This document shows, piece by piece, positions 50,163-63,873 of a DNA stretch of 64,000 nucleotides. The notes beneath the pieces were generated by a model that made no database searches, was not told the origin of the DNA, and saw only the letters and a program-made list of their open reading frames with translations. The position numbers and the translations under genes were made by a program. The stretch is taken from the NCBI GenBank assembly GCA_963666285.1, contig OY762711.1; one strand, written 5' to 3'. Each line of letters begins with the position of its first letter. The stretch's first letter is position 1. The DNA comes from Sedimentisphaerales bacterium. Lineage in GTDB: Bacteria; Planctomycetota; Phycisphaerae; Sedimentisphaerales; SM23-30.

Positions 50163-51308
50163 TTAGTCGATCTGTATAATTTCACCATTTACAATTTTCG
50201 TAAGATAAATATTTTCTAATCCCTGGTTGTCTGACGGACCGTAATCCAAGATCATACCGCCGAGGTCGAAAGTCCGGGTTTCCGTTATAGTTGAGATAAA
50301 ATTATCCCTGTTAAGTTCACCCTTTACCTGTTCGGCGACTTTGCAGAATAGTTTACCAACAACATATCCTTCCAGTGAGACAAATCCAACATCACATTGT
50401 TTCTGATACTTTTCTAGTGCTGCCTGGTATTCTGAGACAATCGGTACACGAGTGTCAGTAGGCAGCGGCATAACCTGTGTAATAATACACCCTTTACCGT
50501 CGCTGCCAAGTTCTTTCTTGAGAGCAGCGCTGCCGACAAAAGAAATATTACAGTAGACGACATCGGTCATACCGAGTTTTTTGGCCAGCTTAATAAATTC
50601 AGCACAGGGTTTGTATGCGCCAACCATAACTACTGCTTCCGGTTGAGATTCACGAATTTTAAGCAATCCTCGTTTAATTGCCAGGGTGTTGCGTTTATAT
50701 GTTCCTTCGGAGATAAGATTTATCCCTCTATTTTCGAGTGCCATTTTGATAGCGTTCAACCCGGCCTGGCCATATCCATCGTCCTGGTAAAAGCAAGCTA
50801 TATTTTTAAACCCTTTTTTATCGACTAGATATTGGGCATGTCTTTCCATCTCCTGGTTATAGCTTCCCCTGACATTTATAATCCATTTATTGAAAGGGTT
50901 ACGAAGAAATTCAGCGCCGGTAAAGGGTCCGAAAAACGGCACTTCAGCTTCGGTAGTAATCGGCATAACTGCTTTTGATGTTGGAGTACCAACTTCGCCG
51001 ATTAGTAAAAAGACTTTTTCGTTATTTATAAGGAATTGAGTATTCCTGATAGCCTTTTCGGGCTCATACCCATCATCAAGACTGATGATTTTAATTTTTC
51101 TTCCGTTAATCCCGCCATCGTCATTGACTTTTTCAAAAGCTGCGTATAGTCCGGCCTTCATTCCGGTACCTAAGGCTGCTGCCGGGCCTTCCAGAGCGCA
51201 TGACTGGCCGAGTATTATTTCATGTTCGGTGATGCCATCTTCTGCAATAATAATTGAAGATGAAATCAGTATGGCAATAACAGCTAACAATCCAAATCTA
51301 CTCTTCAT
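50163..51308 (-). CDS. Periplasmic binding protein, LivJ-like fold
   Basis: Signal peptide; LEGPAAALG, GGINGRKI...DDGYEP, VGTPTS, YQDDGYG. Confidence 0.88.
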   Translation of the reverse strand: MKSRFGLLAVIAILISSSIIIAEDGITEHEIILGQSCALEGPAAALGTGMKAGLYAAFEKVNDDGGINGRKIKIISLDDGYEPEKAIRNTQFLINNEKVFLLIGEVGTPTSKAVMPITTEAEVPFFGPFTGAEFLRNPFNKWIINVRGSYNQEMERHAQYLVDKKGFKNIACFYQDDGYGQAGLNAIKMALENRGINLISEGTYKRNTLAIKRGLLKIRESQPEAVVMVGAYKPCAEFIKLAKKLGMTDVVYCNISFVGSAALKKELGSDGKGCIITQVMPLPTDTRVPIVSEYQAALEKYQKQCDVGFVSLEGYVVGKLFCKVAEQVKGELNRDNFISTITETRTFDLGGMILDYGPSDNQGLENIYLTKIVNGEIIQID

Positions 51309-51572
51309 TGCTAACTTCCCCTAAAGAGAATTATATTTCATTTTGTATACCCATCTTATTCTCAATTTGATTATCGACTTCATCAGGAACGAATATAAGA
51401 AGAATAGTAAGGAAGAGGGCTGCCCGAAAACATAAGAGGAAAGATCATTTATAAGTTATTGTAATATAATGTTTTGTAAGTGGTGAGGTGGTTGAGGGAA
51501 GAAATTTGGCGATATTTGGTGGTAATTGCAGGGGCGATAACTGTAGTGTTAAGGATAAAGAGAAAGTAATTT

Positions 51573-52778
51573 TCAGTCAGGATCAACAGGTACGATCTTG
51601 TATATCAGGTCACTATCTCGCAGAATCTGTTCGCAGGGGAAGGTGATATTGCCGCGGTCAATATGCTTGATATCGTTTCCATCTTCATCTCGCATCTCAT
51701 TTATTATCATCTCAACGACCCCGGTTTTGAAGCCGTGTACCTGAATTTTGTCGCCGACAGAGAGGTCAAGAGCTTCTATTTTACAGTGTGCGATTCTGGT
51801 TTTTCGGTAGAAGTTGAGCATTTTACCGACATACTCTTTCTTTTCGGTGGCCTGCGAGTTGCGGCGGTCGGCCCAGCTGGTAAAGGCAGGTTTGCCAAAG
51901 AGGAACCCGGAGGAAAAGCCCCTATTGTAAACTCGTTTGAGATCATCCATAAGTTCGTTGACGAGCTTTTCGCCAAAAGTACCGTCGTTAACAGCATCGA
52001 TAGCACGGCGATAGACACTGACAACCATGCGAATGTATTCCGGTGATCGGCTGCGTCCTTCAATTTTAAGTGAGTCAACCCCGGTAGCAATAACTTTATC
52101 CAATACCGGCAGGGCGCATAAGTCTTTAGGGCTCATGACATATCCATCGCCCAGGGCAAGGTCGTATTGATTTTCAGTGCTGGTAACAGAGAAATGTTCC
52201 CTGCAGGGCTGGAGGCAGTCGCCGCGGTTTGCACTGCGGCCATGTACGAATTGAGACATAAAGCATCTGCCGGAGACAGAGACGCACATGGCACCATGGA
52301 TAAAAACTTCCAGTTCGATATCGGTATTTTTTTTCAGTTCGGTAATCTGTTCCAGAGTGAGTTCGCGTGCAGGCACAATCCGTTCAGCGCCGAGCGCTTT
52401 GTAATGGTCGGCGGCGAGTCGGTTAGAAACACTGGCCTGGGTGGATATGTGAATTTCAAGCTGATGTTTTTTACAAAGCTGAATTACAGCCGGGTCCCAG
52501 CAGATAATAGCATCGACGCCGTAGTTTTTACATTTGGCCAGAAGCTCATCAACCAGCTTGATTTCTTCATCGTAGATAATAGCGTTAAGAGTAATGTAGA
52601 CTTTGACATTATCTTTGTGGGCACTTTTAACTATTTCCGGAAGTGATTCGATATCGATCCCGCGTGAGTTGACACGCATGTTGAGAGTGCCAAGACCGAA
52701 ATAGACGGCGTCGGCACCGGCATTAACCGCAGCTCGAAAAGAAACTTCATCTCTAACTGGTGAAAGGAGTTCTACCAT
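51573..52778 (-). CDS. U32-family protein (likely Fe-S RNA hydroxylation factor)
   Basis: GADAVYFG, HISTQA, EVFIHGAMCVSVSGRC, NRGDCLQPCR, SLKIEGR. Confidence 0.9.
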   Translation of the reverse strand: MVELLSPVRDEVSFRAAVNAGADAVYFGLGTLNMRVNSRGIDIESLPEIVKSAHKDNVKVYITLNAIIYDEEIKLVDELLAKCKNYGVDAIICWDPAVIQLCKKHQLEIHISTQASVSNRLAADHYKALGAERIVPARELTLEQITELKKNTDIELEVFIHGAMCVSVSGRCFMSQFVHGRSANRGDCLQPCREHFSVTSTENQYDLALGDGYVMSPKDLCALPVLDKVIATGVDSLKIEGRSRSPEYIRMVVSVYRRAIDAVNDGTFGEKLVNELMDDLKRVYNRGFSSGFLFGKPAFTSWADRRNSQATEKKEYVGKMLNFYRKTRIAHCKIEALDLSVGDKIQVHGFKTGVVEMIINEMRDEDGNDIKHIDRGNITFPCEQILRDSDLIYKIVPVDPD

Positions 52779-52859
52779 AATAAAATTAATAATGTCACTT
52801 TGTGACGAGAATCATAAAAGGAATTTTATACTACAAACATAACAGCAATTGCCAATGTC

Positions 52860-53276
52860 TTATCTACTATGAATTTCAGAAAATGCCATAATCTGTCGAG
52901 CTCTTTCGATAGCGTTCAGGCGATATTCCACCTGATCCTGGCTGCCGGAAGGCAGAGAAATAGCTTTTTCCAGTTCCGCCCGAGCCTTAACAAATTCCAC
53001 CTGAGCCGGTTTAATGACATTGGGAGTAAGGATAATAATCTCATTATTACAGACATGAGCGAACCCGCCATCGACAAAGACAACATATTCATCCCATTCA
53101 GTGTCTTTGTATTTCAAGACATCAGGTTTAAGCTTAGCCAGCAAAGGCGCATGGCCGGGTAAAATTCCTGCCTTACCGTCATGAAGCGGCAGAATGATCT
53201 CAGTTACCTCTGAATCGAGAACTTTTTTCTCCGGGGTAACAATCAGGCATTTCATGCTGTATTTTTTGTCACTCAT
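52860..53276 (-). CDS. atpC: ATP synthase epsilon subunit
   Basis: IVTPEK, GILPGHAPL, FVDGGF; last gene of the operon. Confidence 0.93.
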   Translation of the reverse strand: MSDKKYSMKCLIVTPEKKVLDSEVTEIILPLHDGKAGILPGHAPLLAKLKPDVLKYKDTEWDEYVVFVDGGFAHVCNNEIIILTPNVIKPAQVEFVKARAELEKAISLPSGSQDQVEYRLNAIERARQIMAFSEIHSR

Positions 53277-53297
53277 AATATATGGTTCCGAGTGTAA

Positions 53298-54734
<1,437 letters not shown>

Positions 54735-54785
54735 TTACTCGTTCTGCTATTAGTCAACAGGGTAAAAACATATTAAAATATTGTG

Positions 54786-54985
54786 GTGCGGTATCGCACT
54801 TTTAGCTGTTCAACATTATACGCAAAGTCCGGAACAGGTCCTTGTGAATGAAAAACTTTACATTTAATTGTATTTTCGAGCTATTTCTCGAAAGTGTATT
54901 TAATTCAAAGTATTGCAGTAATGCCTTTTTAAGCGATTTACCAAAGGCACTTCGTTATTGCAACATAAAAACTACGAAAGTTAAC
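54786..54985 (+). repeat. Dispersed repeat family A copy inside atp operon
   Basis: GTGCGGTATCGCACTTTTAGCTGTTCAAC...GCAACATAAAAACTACGAAAG between atpG and atpD. Confidence 0.8.
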
Positions 54986-54996
54986 TTGTGTAAAAA

Positions 54997-55872
54997 TTAT
55001 TTCAATGCCTCGGCACCACCCACGATATCCATAAGGTCGTTGGTGATCTGTCCCTGCCTGGCTTTATTATATAATCCGTTCAAATCTTTAATCATGGATT
55101 GTGCGTTATCTGTAGCTGCCTTCATAGATCGCATCCTGGACATTTGTTCGCTGGTAATGGAATCGCAGTAACACTGGAACAATTGAGTACGTACGGCAGC
55201 AGGAACCAGTTCCTGCAGGATAACTTCCGGTGAAGGAGAGAATTCGTAATCAACATGGTGAGAACCGGTATTGCGTGATTTTTTCGATTCAATATTTTTA
55301 AAAGGAAGCAATCTCACCTTTTTGGGGTAGAACATGCTGGAAGAATCGAAGCAGGTATAGACAACATCAACCCCGCCGATTTCATTGCGGAGGTACATTC
55401 CGATAAGGTTATTTGCCATTTCTTCTATATCAGCATAGGTTGTTTTATCATCTATGTTGACATAAGTTTTTTTAGGCGACTTTTTAATGAAGTTGAAAAA
55501 GCTGATACCTTTTTTTCCGATAACATGAAGGTCGATCTGGCTGCCGGAAGCCTTTACCTTGTTGTAATGATTTTCTGCTAACCTGAGCAAGCTGCTGTTA
55601 AAGCTGCCGCACAGTCCCCGGTTACTGGAGAAGACCAGGATAATTCTTTTTCGACTGCTGTTTGCTTTTAGCAGTTCACAGCTGGATTCGGTATTTTCGT
55701 TTACAAGAGAATTAACCAGGTAAATGATATTATCGGTATAGCTTCTCAGCCCGACAGTTTTATCGTGAGCTTTTTTGAAGCGTGAAGTAGCCACCATCTC
55801 CATAGTCCTGGTAATCTTACAGATATTGGAGACTGACAGTTTTCTTTTTAATATTTCTCTGGTATTAGCCAT
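54997..55872 (-). CDS. atpG: ATP synthase gamma subunit
   Basis: KITRTMEMVA, RGLCG, RM..MK.ATDNA, RQGQIT. Confidence 0.97.
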   Translation of the reverse strand: MANTREILKRKLSVSNICKITRTMEMVATSRFKKAHDKTVGLRSYTDNIIYLVNSLVNENTESSCELLKANSSRKRIILVFSSNRGLCGSFNSSLLRLAENHYNKVKASGSQIDLHVIGKKGISFFNFIKKSPKKTYVNIDDKTTYADIEEMANNLIGMYLRNEIGGVDVVYTCFDSSSMFYPKKVRLLPFKNIESKKSRNTGSHHVDYEFSPSPEVILQELVPAAVRTQLFQCYCDSITSEQMSRMRSMKAATDNAQSMIKDLNGLYNKARQGQITNDLMDIVGGAEALK

Positions 55873-55905
55873 ATTATTTATAACAAGGTATTTAGTAGCC
55901 TGGTA

Positions 55906-57438
<1,533 letters not shown>

Positions 57439-57458
57439 TTAAGGTTAATTAGTTCAAA

Positions 57459-58040
57459 CTAATGTTCTTCACTGATTGCCGTTGCGTCTGGCTGATAATT
57501 TTTGATTTTTACAGCCAATTCATTAAGCTGCTTACGTATGGAGCCATCGAAACTCATATTACCGATTTTTAACTGCAAACCACCCAGGATATCAGGGTCA
57601 ATACAGGTATTCAGGGAAACGTTTTTACCTAATGATTGACCGACTGACCGGGTAATCTTATCGATTTCCTCATCAGACAGTTTCACGGCGGTTGTCAAAG
57701 TTCCTTCAATTCTGCCGGAAGCTCTATCCAGCATAGCTTTGTATGCTTTATAAACATATACGATCGTTTCGAGTCGGTTACGATCGGATAGGACCTTTAG
57801 GAAATCCATGGTAAGGTCGTCTATTTTGCCGGTAAATACTTTGGTCAGTACCGCGGTTTTATCGTTTTCGCTGATAGACGGGCTAGCCAGGAAATGGTCG
57901 AAGTCTTTATCAGACATGACACATTCACTGATAGCGGCCAGGTTATCAGCGACGACCTGCAGCAGTTGCTGCTGCTCGGCCAGTTCGTAAACAGCCTGAG
58001 CATAAATTTCAGCGACAGAATATAAATAATCCTTAGCCAT
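57459..58040 (-). CDS. atpH: ATP synthase delta subunit
   Basis: YAQA.YELA, DPDILGGL...DGS; operon position. Confidence 0.92.
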   Translation of the reverse strand: MAKDYLYSVAEIYAQAVYELAEQQQLLQVVADNLAAISECVMSDKDFDHFLASPSISENDKTAVLTKVFTGKIDDLTMDFLKVLSDRNRLETIVYVYKAYKAMLDRASGRIEGTLTTAVKLSDEEIDKITRSVGQSLGKNVSLNTCIDPDILGGLQLKIGNMSFDGSIRKQLNELAVKIKNYQPDATAISEEH

Positions 58041-58153
58041 AGTTTTCTATATATAATTGAAAATATTAACTTTTGTACAGTTTTGCATATTACAAAAGTT
58101 TAAAAAGCCCATTGTTTTAACAAAGGACCGCTTAGTTACGAATCGTCCAATAA

Positions 58154-58753
58154 TCAGCCGTTACTGTTTTCCAGTTCGCTAATAGTCTGGTTAATCAGTT
58201 CCCTGTGCTCTTCACTGCTGATAGATTTTCCGAGTATTTTCCCGGCAAGCTCAACGGCAAGTTCAGAACTGTAGCCATGGAGGTCTCTGACGGCCTGTTC
58301 CTTGGCATTAGCGATAGACTTTTGCGCCTGCTTGATAATTTCATCAGCTTTAGCCTGAGCTTCTTCGGTCACTCGCTGAGTGATTTTAAGAGCTTCATCG
58401 CGAGCTTCATTGATAACTTCAGCGGCACGGTCCTCAGCTTTTTGCATTTTGGTCTCGTATCGGCGAAGAGTTTTTTCGGCATCGGCACGAGCACCCTCTG
58501 CGTCTTTGATCTGCTGGCGAATAAAGTCTTCACGTTTCTTGAGTCCATCAAGAATCGGTCCCCAGGCGAATTTGCCAAGAACAACCAGCAGAACAATGAA
58601 GAGAATCAAGCCGAACAGTGATGTATAAATATCGCCGTTCCAGATACTAACAGGTTCGCTTTCAGCAGTCTCAGAAGCGTAAACAACCGAGGAAGAGAGC
58701 ATTCCGGCAATAAAGGCTGTTATTTTATTTTTGGTACAAAATATATTATTCAC
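58154..58753 (-). CDS. atpF: ATP synthase subunit b
   Basis: LGKFAWGPIL..L..RE..I followed by a coiled coil; N-terminal extension. Confidence 0.92.
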   Translation of the reverse strand: MNNIFCTKNKITAFIAGMLSSSVVYASETAESEPVSIWNGDIYTSLFGLILFIVLLVVLGKFAWGPILDGLKKREDFIRQQIKDAEGARADAEKTLRRYETKMQKAEDRAAEVINEARDEALKITQRVTEEAQAKADEIIKQAQKSIANAKEQAVRDLHGYSSELAVELAGKILGKSISSEEHRELINQTISELENSNG

Positions 58754-58767
58754 AACAAACCTATATA

Positions 58768-59076
58768 TTAATGACCGGTAGCACTAGAGATACTTTTATA
58801 CATTTCAAAAGCTGTGTCAATTTCGCCTCTTGCGAAAAGAATACCCAGCATACAAATAACGATAGCAAACAGGGTAAAACCTTCGATAAATGCAGCAGAG
58901 ATCAGCATAGTAGTAAACAGACGTCCGGCGGTTTCAGGCTGACGAGCCATACCTTCCATCGCACTGGCGGCGAGTTTACCGATACCGATACCACCACCAA
59001 TTACGCTGAGTCCGCAACCTATGGCTGACCCTAAAATTGCCAGTCCCATACCAATATAAGGCATTACGTGTTCCAT
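58768..59076 (-). CDS. atpE: ATP synthase subunit c
   Basis: GGGIGIG, ARQPE loop, conserved Glu in FIEG. Confidence 0.95.
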   Translation of the reverse strand: MEHVMPYIGMGLAILGSAIGCGLSVIGGGIGIGKLAASAMEGMARQPETAGRLFTTMLISAAFIEGFTLFAIVICMLGILFARGEIDTAFEMYKSISSATGH

Positions 59077-59138
59077 TTTTTATCTCCTGATAAAATTAGC
59101 ATTATTTACCAGGTGTATCAACCTGGTATTCATATTTT

Positions 59139-59945
59139 TTAGTGTTCCGGACTGATAGCAGCCGAAATAAACATAGTAGTTAAAAAGGCAAAAATATAAG
59201 CTTGCAGTAAAGCCACAAAAAGTTCCAGCAGGCTAAAGGCGGTACAACCAGCCAGGGTAACACCGGAAATCAGGTAACTTTTGCTCATAAGGGCAATCAT
59301 TGCCAATACGGCCATCATAGTATGTCCGGCGATCATATTGGCAAATAAACGAATAGCCAGTGCAAATGGTTTGATCAAAGCTCCGACAAATTCGAGAACG
59401 TACATAAGCGGAATCATCGGCCACGGCACATGCGGGATAAAGTTTTTGATATATCCCCATGGTCCCTGATGGATAACGCCGTTAACGTGAATCATTAAAA
59501 AAGAGCAGGCAGCCAGCATCCCGGTAAACCAGACATTGGCAGTAGCTGTGCCGCCGATATGTTTAACATGCAGCCCGGATAGAAGGTATACTATACCGTC
59601 AAGAGGAACCATTCCCAGCAGGTTACAAGTCAGTATAAAGAAAAACACTGTCCAGATATACTTAATAAACCGGTCAGTGTTTTCATGGAGCAAAGGTTTA
59701 ACCATTTCTTCACGCAGATAAGAGCATATGCTTTCCACCAGGTTATATGCCCCGCGTGGTACCATTGATTTGCTTCGCACCGCAAAGGGCAGCCCAACGA
59801 TTAAAAGCAGGGCAGCGATAAACATCATGAGCATATGATTGCTGAAAGTTATCTGATGGTTCCCCACTGTAATAGAAAACAGTTTGTGGGCCGCAACATG
59901 GCTGAGCGGATTGGATGAAGCTAAAATTGTATTAATACTGTTCAT
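59139..59945 (-). CDS. atpB: ATP synthase subunit a
   Basis: NLLGMVP, KPFALAIRLFANM.AGH, LQAYIF. Confidence 0.96.
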   Translation of the reverse strand: MNSINTILASSNPLSHVAAHKLFSITVGNHQITFSNHMLMMFIAALLLIVGLPFAVRSKSMVPRGAYNLVESICSYLREEMVKPLLHENTDRFIKYIWTVFFFILTCNLLGMVPLDGIVYLLSGLHVKHIGGTATANVWFTGMLAACSFLMIHVNGVIHQGPWGYIKNFIPHVPWPMIPLMYVLEFVGALIKPFALAIRLFANMIAGHTMMAVLAMIALMSKSYLISGVTLAGCTAFSLLELFVALLQAYIFAFLTTMFISAAISPEH

Positions 59946-60411
59946 TTAATTCGTTAGTATCACTATTTATTTGTTCATTGTCAGACTTTATATCTGTCTT
60001 AGACATATTATCATTTAATAATATAGTATCAACAATATGTGATATTATATGGCTAAATAATATAGCCCAATAATACATAACTATCCAAATCAAATATGCG
60101 ATAGTATATGATCGTTCAATGCAATTAAAATATACAACAATAGTTGATATCAATATTGCGGCTATTCTAATGCCAAAAATACCTAATACGATTTGCGGCG
60201 AGTTTTCTGCGGAAAATCTCCGCAAAATAAATTCAACAACTCCGCAAATCGAGATAGTAATCAGGGCGGGCAAGGCTGCATAGTTAACAGCCGGGGCAAG
60301 CAGTCTGTCATATTTCTGCTGGTACCAGTCGGCAAACATATAATGCCCGCTCAACCAAACCAGAGCTACAAAAACCAAACCTATAGAAATTGTCGTTACA
60401 AGCCGAATCAA
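59932..60411 (-). CDS. Four-TM protein at AtpI position
   Basis: Hydrophobic; overlaps both neighbours; located upstream of atpB. Confidence 0.65.
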   Translation of the reverse strand: MIRLVTTISIGLVFVALVWLSGHYMFADWYQQKYDRLLAPAVNYAALPALITISICGVVEFILRRFSAENSPQIVLGIFGIRIAAILISTIVVYFNCIERSYTIAYLIWIVMYYWAILFSHIISHIVDTILLNDNMSKTDIKSDNEQINSDTNELNEQY

Positions 60412-60776
60412 TTCCAGTTGCCCAAATCCTTAATCAACAGGTAAGTCATACCTAAAAACGCAATGAAAAAGCCAGTCAACGTCAGCCAAGGCAAAGTGCC
60501 GAAGTGCTGATCGCCTTTATAGCCAAAAAAGCTAAAAAGAGCTATGACTCCTGCGAATTCTACTCCCAGACTTGAGTACCTGGCAAGTTTTCGCTTATCC
60601 TGGTCCGAAAATAGCCCTTTTTGTTTTGGCGTCCTCTTTTCAGAGGGCTTGTCAGCTTTTCGGTCCAAATCTTCCATTTCTTTCAGGCTTGATTGTAATG
60701 TCGTTAACATCTCCGCTGAGATGCTTACGGAACCGGGCATTATATCGCTTCTTGCAGCCTTGGTCAACAAGTTCAT
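60408..60776 (-). CDS. AtpZ/AtpI-family protein
   Basis: LGVEFA...GY..D.HFGT.PW..L.G motif; true start probably downstream (MEDLDRK). Confidence 0.8.
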   Translation of the reverse strand: MNLLTKAARSDIMPGSVSISAEMLTTLQSSLKEMEDLDRKADKPSEKRTPKQKGLFSDQDKRKLARYSSLGVEFAGVIALFSFFGYKGDQHFGTLPWLTLTGFFIAFLGMTYLLIKDLGNWN

Positions 60777-60991
60777 CGACCAGTTATTAATAAAAATCAG
60801 GTAGAAAATATCTGATTAGCATGGCATCTAATTCGTAAATGGCTATAATATTTGCATTTATAAGAAAGTGACAATATTTGCAAAATTGTATAAATATTGT
60901 TTTATCAGGACATTAAAGTTAACTAATGTCCGGATAATATCACTAATGTTAACAGAGAAAGCCATAATATTAATAAGATCAGGAGTACGAT

Positions 60992-61729
60992 TTGGCCCGC
61001 CAGGTAAAAGCAAAAGTTGAATTAATAGAGTCTACGCCTAATCCGGAGCAGGTAATAGCCGCTGCCGGGAGATTATGTTACGCATCAGATACGTCTGAAC
61101 TATTGAGCCAGGATAAGGAAGATTCAGAAAAGTTTATTACGATGGTAACAAAGATGGGGCACTTGAGTGTACTGGAACATGTCAGTTTTACCTTTTATAT
61201 AGAAGGAGTATCCCGGGCAATGACTCATCAGCTGGTAAGGCATCGCCTGGCGAGTTATTCTCAGCGCAGTCAGCGATATGTCAACCATGATTCATTTGAT
61301 TATGTAGTTCCACCTCAGCTGGAAGGTAAGACAGTCGAGGTTGATGGCATAAAGATAGATGCAGTTGAGTATTATAAAAATGCTATGGAAGATATAGCCA
61401 GTCATTATGATGTACTGAATGATGCGATGGGCGCAACCGGCGAAAAGAGTAACGAAGATGCTCGTTATATTCTCCCAAATGCTTGTGAGACAAAGATTTT
61501 CGTTACGATGAATGCCCGCGAACTGCTTCATTTTCTGCAGGAAAGGTGCTGCAACCGCGCACAATGGGAAATCCGGTCGGCAGCAGATCAGATGCTGAAA
61601 ATATTAAGAGAGAAATGTCCATCAGTTTTTAATTTGGCAGGCCCAAAGTGTTTACGATCAAATAAATGCCCGGAGGGAAAACTTACTTGCGGCAAGATGG
61701 CGGAAGTGGTAGAAAAATATAAAGTATAA
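60992..61729 (+). CDS. thyX: FAD-dependent thymidylate synthase
   Basis: GHLSVLEH, HQLVRHRLASYSQRSQRY, EDARY.LPN, AQWEIR. Confidence 0.96.
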   Translation: MARQVKAKVELIESTPNPEQVIAAAGRLCYASDTSELLSQDKEDSEKFITMVTKMGHLSVLEHVSFTFYIEGVSRAMTHQLVRHRLASYSQRSQRYVNHDSFDYVVPPQLEGKTVEVDGIKIDAVEYYKNAMEDIASHYDVLNDAMGATGEKSNEDARYILPNACETKIFVTMNARELLHFLQERCCNRAQWEIRSAADQMLKILREKCPSVFNLAGPKCLRSNKCPEGKLTCGKMAEVVEKYKV

Positions 61730-61839
61730 ACTGTGATTTCCTTTGTTTTAATCATAATAAATTACCTATTTTGACGCAAGTTGCTTGTTTTTTACTTTTT
61801 ATGCTTGAAAATTATTATTAATAGTAATATATTTCAAGT

Positions 61840-63072
61840 ATGTATAAAGAAAGAATTATTACAGACAGAGTAAAGAAGCTTGCAAATAACTTTCCTGTTG
61901 TTGTCCTTACCGGTGCCAGGCAAACAGGTAAAAGTACTTTATTGTCACACATTTTTCCAAATACTGAAATGGTCGTTTTCAATTCTGCATTCGATGATAA
62001 TGAAGCTCGTCAGGATCCGGATTTATTTCTTGAAAATCATCCTTCCCCCTTGATACTGGATGAAATTCAATATGCACCTGAATTGGTTTCTGCCATAAAA
62101 AGGTGGGTGGATAAAGATCGAAAACCTGGTTCATATATATTAACAGGTTCGCAACACTGGTCAGTTATGAAGACTATTTCAGAAAGTTTAGCTGGAAGAG
62201 CAGTTGTAATGAATCTGGAGGGTTTTTGCCTGTCGGAGATAACAGAAAAGTATTCTAAAAGAAGCTGGCTGGAAAGATGGATAGAAGATGATATTAGTGA
62301 TTTTATAAAGTCATTTCGGAAAGCAGAATACAAAGGTACACTTTATGAGTTATTGTGGCGGGGGTGGCTTCCGGAAGCAGATCGCCTAGATTTGGAATTA
62401 ATTCCCGATTTTTACCGATCATATATCCAAACTTATGTTGAGCGTGATGCCCGATTACAGGCAGATGTGAGGGATTGGCAGGAATTTGGAAAATTTATCC
62501 AACTTGCTTCAGCGTTGACATCTCAGGAGGTCAATTCGTCTAAATTTGGTCGCGAAATTGGGATTAATTATAATACTGCTATTAAATGGCTAATTATCCT
62601 AAAAGCGACTTTTCAGTGGTTTGAGGTTCCACCGTATCATGGAAATACAATAAAACGTATAAGTAAAAAAAACAAGGGATATATTTCTGATACAGGTTTG
62701 GCATGTTCGCTAAATATGATATCATCCCATCAGGCCCTTAGCGGGCATCCATTGTTAGGGGCATTGTTTGAAACTGCAGTAGTATCGGAAATCAGAAAAC
62801 TATCAAATGCAATGCCGAGTCCACCAGGATTGTATCATTGGCGGAGCCATGGCGGAGCTGAAGTTGACCTTATCCTTGAGAGAGACGGAATTTTGTTTCC
62901 GATTGAAATAAAAGTCAAAACTCAACCTTCAAATAAAGATGCACGTGGTATTAAGGCGTTTAGAGAGACTTATCAGAATCTTAGAATAGCTCCAGGTCTG
63001 ATAATCTGTGCGTGTGAAAAGTTTATGAAAATATCAGAAAATGATTATTGTATGCCTTGGAACATTGTTTAA
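61840..63072 (+). CDS. AAA+ ATPase with DUF4143-type domain
   Basis: GARQTGKST, ILDEIQ, LTGS, ESLAGR, EVDLI...IEIK. Confidence 0.9.
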   Translation: MYKERIITDRVKKLANNFPVVVLTGARQTGKSTLLSHIFPNTEMVVFNSAFDDNEARQDPDLFLENHPSPLILDEIQYAPELVSAIKRWVDKDRKPGSYILTGSQHWSVMKTISESLAGRAVVMNLEGFCLSEITEKYSKRSWLERWIEDDISDFIKSFRKAEYKGTLYELLWRGWLPEADRLDLELIPDFYRSYIQTYVERDARLQADVRDWQEFGKFIQLASALTSQEVNSSKFGREIGINYNTAIKWLIILKATFQWFEVPPYHGNTIKRISKKNKGYISDTGLACSLNMISSHQALSGHPLLGALFETAVVSEIRKLSNAMPSPPGLYHWRSHGGAEVDLILERDGILFPIEIKVKTQPSNKDARGIKAFRETYQNLRIAPGLIICACEKFMKISENDYCMPWNIV

Positions 63073-63120
63073 AGCAAATGCGATGAGCTGTATCTGATTG
63101 AATTATAACAGGTTATAAAA

Positions 63121-63148
63121 AAACACAAGCAAAAAGCTTGTGTTTAAC
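63121..63148. terminator. Hairpin after AAA gene
   Basis: AAACACAAGC-AAAAA-GCTTGTGTTT. Confidence 0.55.
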
Positions 63149-63176
63149 GAAAAGGTGATAATGTGTTTTTGTATCG

Positions 63177-63371
63177 TTATCCCCGCCAAGGTGCCTTTCT
63201 GACAACAGCCGGAGGCATCAGCAGGTTGTCGGCGTTTTTTCTGCCGACGTTCAAAATATTTACTTCAGATGGATACCACTTCAAGTGTGGATAATCAAAA
63301 CCCAGCGGCCATTCAAATTTTTCTGTCTGGCTGTGATTCTGACTTTTCTTTGTTTTTCCATTGTTTGACAT
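63177..63371 (-). CDS. Small hypothetical protein
   Basis: GGGAG RBS upstream on minus strand; 64 aa; no recognisable motif. Confidence 0.4.
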   Translation of the reverse strand: MSNNGKTKKSQNHSQTEKFEWPLGFDYPHLKWYPSEVNILNVGRKNADNLLMPPAVVRKAPWRG

Positions 63372-63810
63372 TATTGTCTCTCCCCTGGTCCGGAAACAAT
63401 TGTTATTCCCTTTTATTTACCTTTTTCATGAATTCTATCGGTTTCAATTTAGGGTGACTTTGCCGGTCTTTTGGTTAAATAAAACAGTATTATCACTTTT
63501 TTTATAGATTTCTGGCAAAGAGTGACATGTGGAAGGCCCATGCAGGTTTTAACGGTTATGCGGATTAGTTTAGGGATAATGGTTGGATCGGATATGCAGG
63601 ATTTATGCGTTTTTTGTTACTTAGAGCAATTTAATTTTTATGTTCGCTTTTTGCCTGTCGGTTTCGGCTGACTACATCAGAAATACTCGCAATATATGAA
63701 TATTACTGTGTTTTCTTCTTTGTCAGCCTCATCCTCACAGAGGCATAAATCGGAACAGGAAATATTAAAGTGCTCTAAAAACTGCGAAAGGGGACGTGAA
63801 GATAGTATGA

Positions 63811-63840
63811 AAAAAGCCGCTGGGGAAAGGTCAGCGGCTT
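63811..63840 (-). terminator. Intrinsic terminator after moxR
   Basis: AAAAAGCCGCTG...CAGCGGCTT; gives hairpin plus U-tract on the minus strand. Confidence 0.7.
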
Positions 63841-63873
63841 CATATGAAAGAGAAAAAGGTTTACTTAATGATT

